Below are positions 46,780 to 54,539 of a stretch of DNA of 64,000 nt, in pieces (the first letter of the stretch is position 1; the number at the start of each line of letters is the position of its first letter). A program made the position numbers and the translations under genes. The notes under the pieces were generated by a model. The model was not told where the DNA came from, made no database searches, and saw nothing but the letters and a program-made list of their open reading frames with translations. The DNA is taken from positions 310,001 to 374,000 of IMG/VR virus record IMGVR_UViG_3300033182_000980; one strand, 5' to 3'.

Positions 46780-46840
46780 AAGCGTTTATCCTTTGTCAAA
46801 GAGTGGTTGCGTGGGTGGTCGCTACCACCCACGCTAGTTC

Positions 46841-46857
46841 ATAGATAAGGGGTTACA
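46841..46857 (-). promoter_or_regulatory. Class-1 element with a perfect 11-bp hairpin downstream
   Basis: Exact consensus; gcgtgggtggt-agcg-accacccacgc. Confidence 0.75.
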
Positions 46858-47121
46858 TTAGTCTCGAACGATGCGTCCTAGTCGGTTCACCTTGATAACG
46901 AAGGTATCACCATGACGGTAAGCGTCATCACCTTTTCCGATGATGGCAGACTGTACAAGAAGGACATAGCGATGACCTTTTACAAGGTGGTCAAACATAT
47001 CTTTCCAAGGCAGTCTTGGTTGTGAGGATGAGGCTGATGTCAGACGAACACGCTTCACATCATAGGACACTTGAGCTTTAGCCCAAGCAAACACATCAGC
47101 TTTACTCGGCATAGAAGCCAT
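46858..47121 (-). CDS. Hypothetical protein
   Basis: 87 aa; RBS; stop abuts the element. Confidence 0.65.
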   Translation of the reverse strand: MASMPSKADVFAWAKAQVSYDVKRVRLTSASSSQPRLPWKDMFDHLVKGHRYVLLVQSAIIGKGDDAYRHGDTFVIKVNRLGRIVRD

Positions 47122-47188
47122 AAGCGTTCTCCTTTACGAAGTAGTGGTTTTCAAAGAAATAATCGTTGGTCGCTACCAACACTAGTCC

Positions 47189-47205
47189 ATAGATAAGGGG
47201 TTACA
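47189..47205 (-). promoter_or_regulatory. Class-1 element (back-to-back pair)
   Basis: Exact consensus. Confidence 0.75.
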
Positions 47206-47211
47206 GGCTGT

Positions 47212-47228
47212 CGTAACCCCTTATCTAT
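47212..47228 (+). promoter_or_regulatory. Class-1 element (back-to-back pair)
   Basis: cgtaaccccttatctat. Confidence 0.75.
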
Positions 47229-47295
47229 CTCTTAGTATCGAGGGTGGCAGAGGTCGCCCCACCAACCAAACTCTTTGACACTATGAAAGGAGGCT

Positions 47296-47577
47296 ATGCT
47301 TATGCGTATGCCTACTAAGTCCGACTACCTAGCCTACGCTGGCTACTCACGCTCTTACCAGGTTGAGGTCTGTGCTTGCGAGTACGACTCAAAGGGTATG
47401 ATCCTCGACTTCGCCACAGACGGATGGGAAGGGCGGCAGCTTCGCAATGTGCCAACTGACACACCCCTTCAGCTCAACATCATGGATCGCAATGGCGACA
47501 AGATGGAGGACATCGGGATCAGCATCAATGGTGAGACTGGTGAGATCGAGTGCAGTAGCAAGCACTTCGAGGGCTAG
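47296..47577 (+). CDS. Hypothetical protein
   Basis: 93 aa; AGGAGG RBS. Confidence 0.65.
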   Translation: MLMRMPTKSDYLAYAGYSRSYQVEVCACEYDSKGMILDFATDGWEGRQLRNVPTDTPLQLNIMDRNGDKMEDIGISINGETGEIECSSKHFEG

Positions 47578-47593
47578 GGTAGTCGGGGTATCG

Positions 47594-47610
47594 AGTAACC
47601 CCTTAATCAT
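47594..47610 (+). promoter_or_regulatory. Class-1 element
   Basis: agtaaccccttaatcat. Confidence 0.65.
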
Positions 47611-47650
47611 ATAACAACATCAACCACTTACTTCGTAAAGGAGACTGCCT

Positions 47651-47800
47651 ATGTACGAACTGTATGATCGCTTCGAGCGTAAGGTCGTCAAGACCTTCTC
47701 TTCACTTGGCGAGGCTGGACTTTACCTCGCCCAAGAGGTAGAACATGAGTCTCGTAAAGAGGGGCGAGTGTCCATGCCACGCTTCATCATCAGATACTAG
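47651..47800 (+). CDS. 49 aa protein absent from the ORF track (MYELYDRFERK...RFIIRY)
   Basis: AAAGGAG RBS; translated by hand. Confidence 0.55.
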   Translation: MYELYDRFERKVVKTFSSLGEAGLYLAQEVEHESRKEGRVSMPRFIIRY

Positions 47801-47812
47801 GAAGGACTGCAC

Positions 47813-48424
47813 ATGACACTTACCCAAAAAGTAAATGGGGTTCGGAAGATGATCCCGACCCCTCATCACAAGACAGCGTATAAGACCAATGCGTCCGAGC
47901 AGTCTTGGCTTGCCCGACATCGTGATCTGTTCATCCAGCTTGCCGAGGAGGTGGGCTTCGAGGTGGGGGTGGGGAGTCGAGAGCTTCGGCTGACGCACGA
48001 CATCGGAAACTTCACCGTCCGATTCCATTGGGATCGGGAGTGGTCAACAATCGAGATGTACGGTCGCTGTGTTGATCGAACCACCCGAACCTACCACCAC
48101 TGGCGAGGTGATGCTAAACCCAAATCGCACAATGACGCACACCTTGGAAACTGGTTTCTCAAGAATGTGCGAGAGGACTGGATCGGGTCCAATATGCCAC
48201 CGATGGAACAGATCGGTCCGAGGGACGAGATCGTGTTTACCTCCACTCCGACAGGTGGGGGTCAAAGAACACGAGCAAAGGTCATCGAGCGAGGGGGCAA
48301 GTGGGGCAACAACTACTTCAAGGTCGAACTGCTAGAGGAGCGAGGGGTGAAGAAGATCAAGCCCATCGGTACGGTGGTGGAGGTACACTATAACTGCATC
48401 ATCCACCACGAGAGCAAAGCGTAA
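47813..48424 (+). CDS. Hypothetical protein
   Basis: 203 aa; TAA inside the next element. Confidence 0.65.
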   Translation: MTLTQKVNGVRKMIPTPHHKTAYKTNASEQSWLARHRDLFIQLAEEVGFEVGVGSRELRLTHDIGNFTVRFHWDREWSTIEMYGRCVDRTTRTYHHWRGDAKPKSHNDAHLGNWFLKNVREDWIGSNMPPMEQIGPRDEIVFTSTPTGGGQRTRAKVIERGGKWGNNYFKVELLEERGVKKIKPIGTVVEVHYNCIIHHESKA

Positions 48425-48436
48425 CCCCTTATCTAT
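48420..48436 (+). promoter_or_regulatory. Class-1 element
   Basis: cgtaaccccttatctat. Confidence 0.75.
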
Positions 48437-48474
48437 AGAACAGCATACAGCACCTCTCTTGAAAGGAGAACAGC

Positions 48475-48849
48475 ATGACAATCGAACAGCAACGAGTCCA
48501 ATACGCAACCATCCGAAACAGCCTCCCCTCAGCCTTTCGTGCCGAGTGGCGAAACATCGAGCAAGCCTTCAAGGATCTCGATGTACCACCAACCCCTAGC
48601 GAGTGGGTAGCCGAGGTGAGAAAGTACAGCTCCGAGGTGAGTCAGTACGAGTCGGCACTGAACGCTTGGGTCAAACTCCGAATGGAGGACGAGGCAGGTT
48701 GGGGCGAGGACTACAGCCCAAGTCAGATCAAGGGGTGGCGAGATGACCTCGACATCCGAAGCAAGACCTCGCTCTTGAGGCGAGCGTTCAATGAAGACTT
48801 AAACACAATGATCAGCTACGATGAGTGGCGAGAAAGTAGAGACTGGTAA
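48475..48849 (+). CDS. Hypothetical protein
   Basis: 124 aa; RBS. Confidence 0.65.
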   Translation: MTIEQQRVQYATIRNSLPSAFRAEWRNIEQAFKDLDVPPTPSEWVAEVRKYSSEVSQYESALNAWVKLRMEDEAGWGEDYSPSQIKGWRDDLDIRSKTSLLRRAFNEDLNTMISYDEWRESRDW

Positions 48850-48850
48850 T

Positions 48851-49228
48851 ATGAGTTGGCATCAACATATATCAGAGTTAGCAGACATGATCAATGAAGC
48901 CCACAGCCTACGGTTGACCGACAAACAAGAGGCTCTTAGTTGGGCTGAGGATTACATCGACCAATCCGAAACCTATGAGGAGATCAAAGACCTAGCCCAC
49001 CACTACGGGATAGGATCTGTCGAGGTCGCCCAACCCCAAAAGATAAAAGACCAGCTCAAAAAAATGATCGCTGATGAGGTGCTTGATTGGAAAGGGGCAG
49101 AGGCTGAAGAAGCTGAGGAGGAGGAGGCCGAGTGGGAAGTCGAGTCTACTTGCGATGACCAATGGGAGATCGAGTATGAGGACGAGGACGAGGCAGAGGA
49201 CTGCGAAGCATGGGAGGGCGAGCGATGA
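48851..49228 (+). CDS. Protein with a highly acidic C-terminus
   Basis: E/D/W-rich tail; start placed at MSWH. Confidence 0.6.
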   Translation: MSWHQHISELADMINEAHSLRLTDKQEALSWAEDYIDQSETYEEIKDLAHHYGIGSVEVAQPQKIKDQLKKMIADEVLDWKGAEAEEAEEEEAEWEVESTCDDQWEIEYEDEDEAEDCEAWEGER

Positions 49229-49824
49229 AAGCACTCATAGGGCTAACGCTCAAGAAGGCTAAGGAGGTCGCCAAGCAAGAGCTAGGGGTCAAGAGGATGG
49301 GCGATGCTCGCTTTCAGATGATCCTCGATCAAGGAGTCAAGAGAGGCGACTTCATCCTCGAAGGCGACATGATCAAAGACCCCAACATCAGCTCGACAGA
49401 CCCCCTCGACCTAGACCTGTTCGGTGAGATCGAAGAGGTCGAGGAGGAGGTCGAAGCATCACCCGACCCTGTGATCTCCACTAAGACCATCCACCCCGAA
49501 GTAGCCCACCTCGACCCCAAGCTGTCCAGCTCTGACCTACCACGAGCTGGTGATCTCTACCACTACAGATCCTACTCTGGTGAGGTCGTGCAAGGTGAGG
49601 TCAAGTCCACCATCTGCTTTGCCGAGTGTCAGAACCCCGATGGCACATGGCAGACAGTCGCCTTTCAAGACCTCTACCTCAAGAAGCGTGGAGTGCCTAA
49701 AGAGACGATGCTAAATCACCTCAACGCTTACTACCAGAATAATAATAATTTAAGAGCAGAGCATGATCAGCTCTTAAAAGAGATAAGCGAGCTTAAGGGG
49801 AAAGTGGACGAGGCGAAGGGGTAG
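49225..49824 (+). CDS. Hypothetical protein with a DLFGE acidic linker
   Basis: ATGA overlap; LDLDLFGEIEE. Confidence 0.65.
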   Translation: MKALIGLTLKKAKEVAKQELGVKRMGDARFQMILDQGVKRGDFILEGDMIKDPNISSTDPLDLDLFGEIEEVEEEVEASPDPVISTKTIHPEVAHLDPKLSSSDLPRAGDLYHYRSYSGEVVQGEVKSTICFAECQNPDGTWQTVAFQDLYLKKRGVPKETMLNHLNAYYQNNNNLRAEHDQLLKEISELKGKVDEAKG

Positions 49825-49825
49825 C

Positions 49826-49842
49826 TGTAACCCCTTATCTAT
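49826..49842 (+). promoter_or_regulatory. Class-1 element
   Basis: Exact consensus. Confidence 0.75.
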
Positions 49843-49895
49843 GTCCTAGTGTCGGGGCTTATGACCAGCCCCCCACTCACACTAGGAGAACCCCC

Positions 49896-50138
49896 ATGAA
49901 AGTCACAATCTATCCAGCCACTCAAGCCCCCCACACTGTAGTGGTCAGCACCTTCTCTGACCTACAGAAGCTCGTAGGTGGAGACATCCAGGTTGTTAAG
50001 GAGACGAGCCTTGGCGACCTACTCGTCAACGAAGAGGGCTTGCTCATGAACCTACCTCGCAATCAGCACTACCCCTTCCTCGTGGGTGATGTTGTCCTCG
50101 CACCCAAGGGCTGGGGCGACCTTCCCTACGGCGACTAA
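49896..50138 (+). CDS. DUF3846-like protein
   Basis: LQKLVGGDIQ, VNEEGLLMNLPRN, LVGDVVL. Confidence 0.7.
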   Translation: MKVTIYPATQAPHTVVVSTFSDLQKLVGGDIQVVKETSLGDLLVNEEGLLMNLPRNQHYPFLVGDVVLAPKGWGDLPYGD

Positions 50139-50167
50139 CCCACCAACACTCTGACAAGGAGAACCCC

Positions 50168-50701
50168 ATGCACCAGATCGTTGTTTCACCAGCCGACTTC
50201 CTCAACCACCTCAACGCTCCATTCTTCGGGGCGACCCATGACCAAGACGGCAACGCCCTCCCCTCCAAGCGTACCAAGGAGTGGGTGTTCACGCTCGGCA
50301 ACGAGCGTAAGGATAATCACCTCACCTTCAAGGCGACTCGCCACAAGGGGCAGACCGTCAATGATCCTGTCGAGGTCAGCCTCAATCTGCATGGGCTGAA
50401 CAGCATCCATGACCCTGTGTATCAGACCATCGGGACGGTGGACTCTAGGGGTACGCTCCGAGTCCAGTACGGACTCAACCTTAACCAGCCGAGACTCGAC
50501 ATCGGCTATGACACCCTCGTCTGGCTCTTAGGTGTGGCGACCGACCCTAGCTATGAGATGCCCGACCATCTCCAGATCATGTGTGAAGCACGATGTGCAA
50601 GATGCCGACTCCCCCTCACCAACCCTAACAGCCTCAAGTCAGCCATCGGCCCCATATGTCGTAGCAAGATCAACAAGAGCAAGCCAGCCAAGAGGCCATG
50701 A
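50168..50701 (+). CDS. DUF6011-like Zn-finger protein, paralog of 40452
   Basis: CARCRLPLTNPNSLKSAIGPIC; HLTFKA shared. Confidence 0.75.
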   Translation: MHQIVVSPADFLNHLNAPFFGATHDQDGNALPSKRTKEWVFTLGNERKDNHLTFKATRHKGQTVNDPVEVSLNLHGLNSIHDPVYQTIGTVDSRGTLRVQYGLNLNQPRLDIGYDTLVWLLGVATDPSYEMPDHLQIMCEARCARCRLPLTNPNSLKSAIGPICRSKINKSKPAKRP

Positions 50702-50805
50702 AAATTTACTCGCTCACCCCACTAAAATTTTTAGGGCGAGCCGAACAAAAATCTCAGCGTGTAGAAATCAGAGGGTCGGGGGGTGCTTCGCAGAAGCAGT
50801 CCGAG

Positions 50806-50822
50806 TGTAACCCCTTATCTAT
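50806..50822 (+). promoter_or_regulatory. Class-1 element
   Basis: Exact consensus. Confidence 0.75.
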
Positions 50823-50884
50823 AGTCTAGTGTGGGGAGGCTGACAGGCTGACCCAACCCCCCCTCTCGAACAAGGAGAACCGAC

Positions 50885-51346
50885 ATGACGATCACCAAGA
50901 CACACGCTGACATCAAGACCCTTGAGGCGAGCCTCGATCAGCTCAACGCACAGCTCAAGGCCGAGCACCCCAACCACTGCACCAAGTGTGGGGGTGTCGG
51001 GGGTGACATCTCCACCAGTGGCGATGGGTGGCACGAGCCGATCACAGATGACTGGAACGACTGCTCGGCTTGTCTCGGTCAGAGCCTCAACCCCCTCGAC
51101 CTCACCTCGACCATCTCCGATGAGGACGCAGAGGCCCATGTCGAGCGGATGACGGATGGGGAGCACCCCCTCCTCTCCAAGATCCATGAGGTCGAGCTTG
51201 AGCTTCACTACGAGCAGATGCACCTCGCACACCTTGAGATGGAAGAGGCCGAGCGAGAGTGGCTTGAGCGTGAACACGAGCGAGCGATGAGAGAGGCCGC
51301 CGAGGACGAGCAGAGCTACCTAGAGTTTTACTCCGACCTCAACTGA
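50885..51346 (+). CDS. CxxCxGxG...CxxC zinc-finger family protein
   Basis: HPNHCTKCGGVGG...CSACLGQSLNPLD. Confidence 0.7.
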   Translation: MTITKTHADIKTLEASLDQLNAQLKAEHPNHCTKCGGVGGDISTSGDGWHEPITDDWNDCSACLGQSLNPLDLTSTISDEDAEAHVERMTDGEHPLLSKIHEVELELHYEQMHLAHLEMEEAEREWLEREHERAMREAAEDEQSYLEFYSDLN

Positions 51347-51347
51347 G

Positions 51348-51364
51348 CGTAACCCCTTATCTAT
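51348..51364 (+). promoter_or_regulatory. Class-1 element
   Basis: cgtaaccccttatctat. Confidence 0.75.
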
Positions 51365-51430
51365 GACCTCGTGTAAGGGGCGACTACTTCGTACTCGCCC
51401 ACCCACCCACTCCCCCTAATGGAGAACCCC

Positions 51431-51829
51431 ATGACAGACCATCACACACAAGCCAAGCTCGCAGACCTCAAGAGGCGAGCTGACCTCAACGCGGCTAAGC
51501 GAGCCGAGATCACAGCCAAGCTCAACGCTGACTACCCCCACCTATGCGACCAGTGTGATGGGACAGGTGGTGAGATCTCCTACGACTGGGGGAGCTTCAC
51601 AGAGCCGCCGTGCCATGACTTCGAGGCTTGCTCGGTCTGTCTTGGAGAGGGCTTGAACCCTCTCGACATCACCTCCACCTTGAGTGAGGATGAGGTCGAG
51701 GCATGGATCGACAAGGTGCTTGATGACCTCAAGTACCCCCTCCCCCTCCACGCAGACCTTGAGGCTCTGATGCAAGAGGCAGATGCTCTCGGAGAGGAAC
51801 AGGCAGACCTCCTAATGAGGCAAGGCTAA
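51431..51829 (+). CDS. CxxCxGxG...CxxC zinc-finger family protein
   Basis: YPHLCDQCDGTGG...CSVCLGEGLNPLD. Confidence 0.7.
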   Translation: MTDHHTQAKLADLKRRADLNAAKRAEITAKLNADYPHLCDQCDGTGGEISYDWGSFTEPPCHDFEACSVCLGEGLNPLDITSTLSEDEVEAWIDKVLDDLKYPLPLHADLEALMQEADALGEEQADLLMRQG

Positions 51830-51977
51830 TGCTCCCCCCTCAAAGACAGGGTTAATCAACATTCTGTCAGAACCCCACCAAAAACTATTGCGGGGATCTC
51901 GGAGTCCCTAAAACCGCATATTGAAAACGCATACAAAATGACACCCTTAATTTGAAACCATGTTTCAACCACCCTTT

Positions 51978-51994
51978 CGTAACCCCCTAGTTAT
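51978..51994 (+). promoter_or_regulatory. Class-1 element, degenerate
   Basis: cgtaaccccctagttat. Confidence 0.5.
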
Positions 51995-52026
51995 AGGGCT
52001 ACACAACCGAACCAAAGGTATGAACA

Positions 52027-52398
52027 ATGGACACTACAGCAACTAAAACACAATACGAGCTAGACGCAGAGCTAGTGGCACATAAGTTATCAGAGCTTCG
52101 AGGAGGCTCTTACCACGATGCACGACCTGTTGAGATCAAGATCGAGAATGGGGGGTGCTACATCAGCTTCAAGATGTGGTCGGGTGAGGACGAGCCGGAG
52201 GAAGATGAGGACGATGACCGAGAGTGGAACTTGGAGTGTTCGACAGGTGATCTTCTGTCAGATCTCAAGAGGGCGTGTCGTGAGAGTGGTGTAGACATCG
52301 ACATGGTGTACCAATACTGCGATGTCCATAATGATCGCTACAGAGGCATCTATGTCGATGCCTGTATCGACCTCACCCACACAGGAGCAGACGAATAG
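52027..52398 (+). CDS. Acidic hypothetical protein
   Basis: 123 aa ORF. Confidence 0.6.
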   Translation: MDTTATKTQYELDAELVAHKLSELRGGSYHDARPVEIKIENGGCYISFKMWSGEDEPEEDEDDDREWNLECSTGDLLSDLKRACRESGVDIDMVYQYCDVHNDRYRGIYVDACIDLTHTGADE

Positions 52399-52505
52399 GG
52401 TTAAGTCTCCAGAGGGGGGGTCTTATATATGAGCATTTTTGGAAAAGCGATGTTGGATAAGTGATCTCATATATTATTTGGCGGGGGATTTTTTGGGTTC
52501 GATTT

Positions 52506-52522
52506 TGTAACCCCTTATCTAT
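52506..52522 (+). promoter_or_regulatory. Class-1 element
   Basis: Exact consensus. Confidence 0.75.
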
Positions 52523-52552
52523 GTAATCTTGCCTCTTGAAAGGAGACTTAGA

Positions 52553-52894
52553 ATGAAGCTAACAGTTAAAGACAATGGTATTCGAGTAGCGAACCCTAGT
52601 TATAAGGGTAATCGTATAAGCGGTGATCAGATAAGGCAGTATCACTCGACTTTGCTTGAGGAGTTGGGGTTTAAGAAAGAGGGTAGACCATTCTGGATGC
52701 ACAGCTCAACGAGCAAGTTTGAGGCATCTGCATTATGTGTGGTTTGGAAAGAAGATCCGTATGTGTTGAGCATACAGAGAGGAGACTTTGTTAAGAACCT
52801 TCGTATTGGGGGAGAGTATGATCTGTATGACTTTGTGTCTGATGTTTTGCAGTCGGTAAGGGATGTTTGGGTTGAGGGCGGTAAGCACCAATAA
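52553..52894 (+). CDS. E.GF / IR..W paralog family member
   Basis: MKLTVKDNGIRV; LLEELGFKK; SVRDVW. Confidence 0.65.
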   Translation: MKLTVKDNGIRVANPSYKGNRISGDQIRQYHSTLLEELGFKKEGRPFWMHSSTSKFEASALCVVWKEDPYVLSIQRGDFVKNLRIGGEYDLYDFVSDVLQSVRDVWVEGGKHQ

Positions 52895-52937
52895 GCAACG
52901 GAAACATATAAGTCATTCTCTTGAAAGGAGAACAGAG

Positions 52938-53282
52938 ATGAACAAGTATATAGAGAGACAAGATGATGGTACGGTGGACTGGTCTAAAGAAGGCTTTGAG
53001 CTTTTGAATAGTTTTCAACAAACGGTCGCATCTCAAGGAGATCTTGCTTGTCGTAAGGTTTTGAGTGAGGTGCTTGAGAGTCGTGGTTTTGAGTGGGCTT
53101 TACCTTATGAGGAGTATGTCTTATCAGACGGTGCGGGTAAGTCAGTTTGGGTCTTGATGGGAGTCGAGTCTTTACAGGTCGTGAGAGACGGTGTGATTTA
53201 CAATGGAGCTATGCACTATGAGCTTGGTTCGGATGAGTTGGGAGATTTATGGGAAATGATCAGAAAGGCATGGAACGCATAA
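52938..53282 (+). CDS. E.GF / IR..W paralog family member
   Basis: VLESRGFEW; MIRKAW; AAGGAG RBS. Confidence 0.65.
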   Translation: MNKYIERQDDGTVDWSKEGFELLNSFQQTVASQGDLACRKVLSEVLESRGFEWALPYEEYVLSDGAGKSVWVLMGVESLQVVRDGVIYNGAMHYELGSDELGDLWEMIRKAWNA

Positions 53283-53515
53283 TGATTGAGTATTCAAGTG
53301 TGAGGGAAGTACCCAAGACGATAGCTGGGTTTTTTAGTGAGTCGGACTTAGAGGGTAAGAGTCGTGTTGAGATTTCTTATAGTTATCCGGGAGGTTCATT
53401 AGTGATCCATGAGGTGGGGGTGATAGGTTCATATCGTTTGGAGTTATTATCAGCCGAGATAGACGGTCGTTCTGGGATCAAGATACGGACAACTTATAGA
53501 GTGGAGGTGATGTGA
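53282..53515 (+). CDS. Hypothetical protein
   Basis: TAATG coupling with the previous gene. Confidence 0.55.
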   Translation: MIEYSSVREVPKTIAGFFSESDLEGKSRVEISYSYPGGSLVIHEVGVIGSYRLELLSAEIDGRSGIKIRTTYRVEVM

Positions 53516-53856
53516 GAACCTTTACTTTAATAAGGGATGGAAAGAGGCAATGGAAGGATTATGATCCTTATGTGGAGGAGATGTTGGGTAGGTATTGTTT
53601 GGAGATGCCCGACTGTTCTGACTTCTTTGTGTGGATATTTAAGGACGAGTTAGGTTTTGAGCCAGGAGACTTCACATCTTACTTGGGAGTATACGGATCA
53701 AGTTTTAGTGATTGTTTAGTATTGGGGGGCAAGGTGAGTGTGTTTTACTTTGATCGTTGTCACTGGGTAGTGAAGCATGGTGCGTATGAGCGAGTGGTGG
53801 AGGATATGAGGGATATATTTGATCTGATCCGAGAGGCGTGGGTGTTTTATGAGTGA
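53512..53856 (+). CDS. E.GF / IR..W paralog family member
   Basis: KDELGFEP; DLIREAW. Confidence 0.6.
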   Translation: MRTFTLIRDGKRQWKDYDPYVEEMLGRYCLEMPDCSDFFVWIFKDELGFEPGDFTSYLGVYGSSFSDCLVLGGKVSVFYFDRCHWVVKHGAYERVVEDMRDIFDLIREAWVFYE

Positions 53857-53900
53857 GGGATCATATAAGGGGTGGTTCACATTGAGAAAGGAGAGAAATC

Positions 53901-54209
53901 TTGAGATATTTGGTGGCGTTGATGTTTTTACTAGGTTGTGGTGAGGAAGGTCTAAGGAGCACCCCATGTGAGCCTTATGAATTTGATGGTGGGACTTACC
54001 CTCGTGCAATCTTAGAGGGTTTAGACCCAACAGAGATAAGTGATGTGAAGTTATGTGGGGTGAGATCAGCAGATGTATATGAGTATTCTTGCTTCACGGA
54101 TCTTGTTTTGATCTCCGATGGGGATTCAACGGAGATTATTTGTTTTGGTCGATCTTATCCCTTGTTGGAGTACACAGATCTCACGGTTTATTATAGGGAG
54201 TCAAAATGA
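53901..54209 (+). CDS. Putative lipoprotein
   Basis: Lipobox LLGC; Cys-rich. Confidence 0.65.
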   Translation: MRYLVALMFLLGCGEEGLRSTPCEPYEFDGGTYPRAILEGLDPTEISDVKLCGVRSADVYEYSCFTDLVLISDGDSTEIICFGRSYPLLEYTDLTVYYRESK

Positions 54210-54502
54210 GGTTGTTGCTTCTACTTGTTTTATTACTGGGTTGTGGTGAGGATAAACCTGCTAAGGTTTACAAAACGAATTGTCCAGAGGTGGAGTTAGG
54301 GCAGTACATAGGTTATTTGAGTATAGAGGGTGTGGACAAGAAATCGTATGTGTATTGGGGTTGTGTAGATGAGGATTGCAGACGAGAGGCAACGAGTGAT
54401 TATGAGGTATCTGTGATGTCAATGGGAGATGATGTTTTGAGGGTCTGTTGTGGAGGTGTGGAACACCGAGTAGATCGGGTAAATGTGGTAGTTATTAAAT
54501 GA
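54206..54502 (+). CDS. Putative lipoprotein
   Basis: Lipobox LLGC; LLGCGE shared with 53901. Confidence 0.65.
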   Translation: MRLLLLLVLLLGCGEDKPAKVYKTNCPEVELGQYIGYLSIEGVDKKSYVYWGCVDEDCRREATSDYEVSVMSMGDDVLRVCCGGVEHRVDRVNVVVIK

Positions 54503-54539
54503 CTTAGGGTTATAGACTAGAGGGGGTGAAATATGCCTT

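Noticed and set aside
23032-52522. Class-1 repeats as a CRISPR array
   Set aside because: Spacing is irregular and gene-sized, both orientations occur, the repeat is only 17 bp, and there is no cas operon; the Cas4-like nuclease sits in a recombination operon
23032-52522. Class-1 repeats as integron attC sites
   Set aside because: No RYYYAAC...GTTRRRY paired ends or long imperfect palindrome, and no integrase in the window
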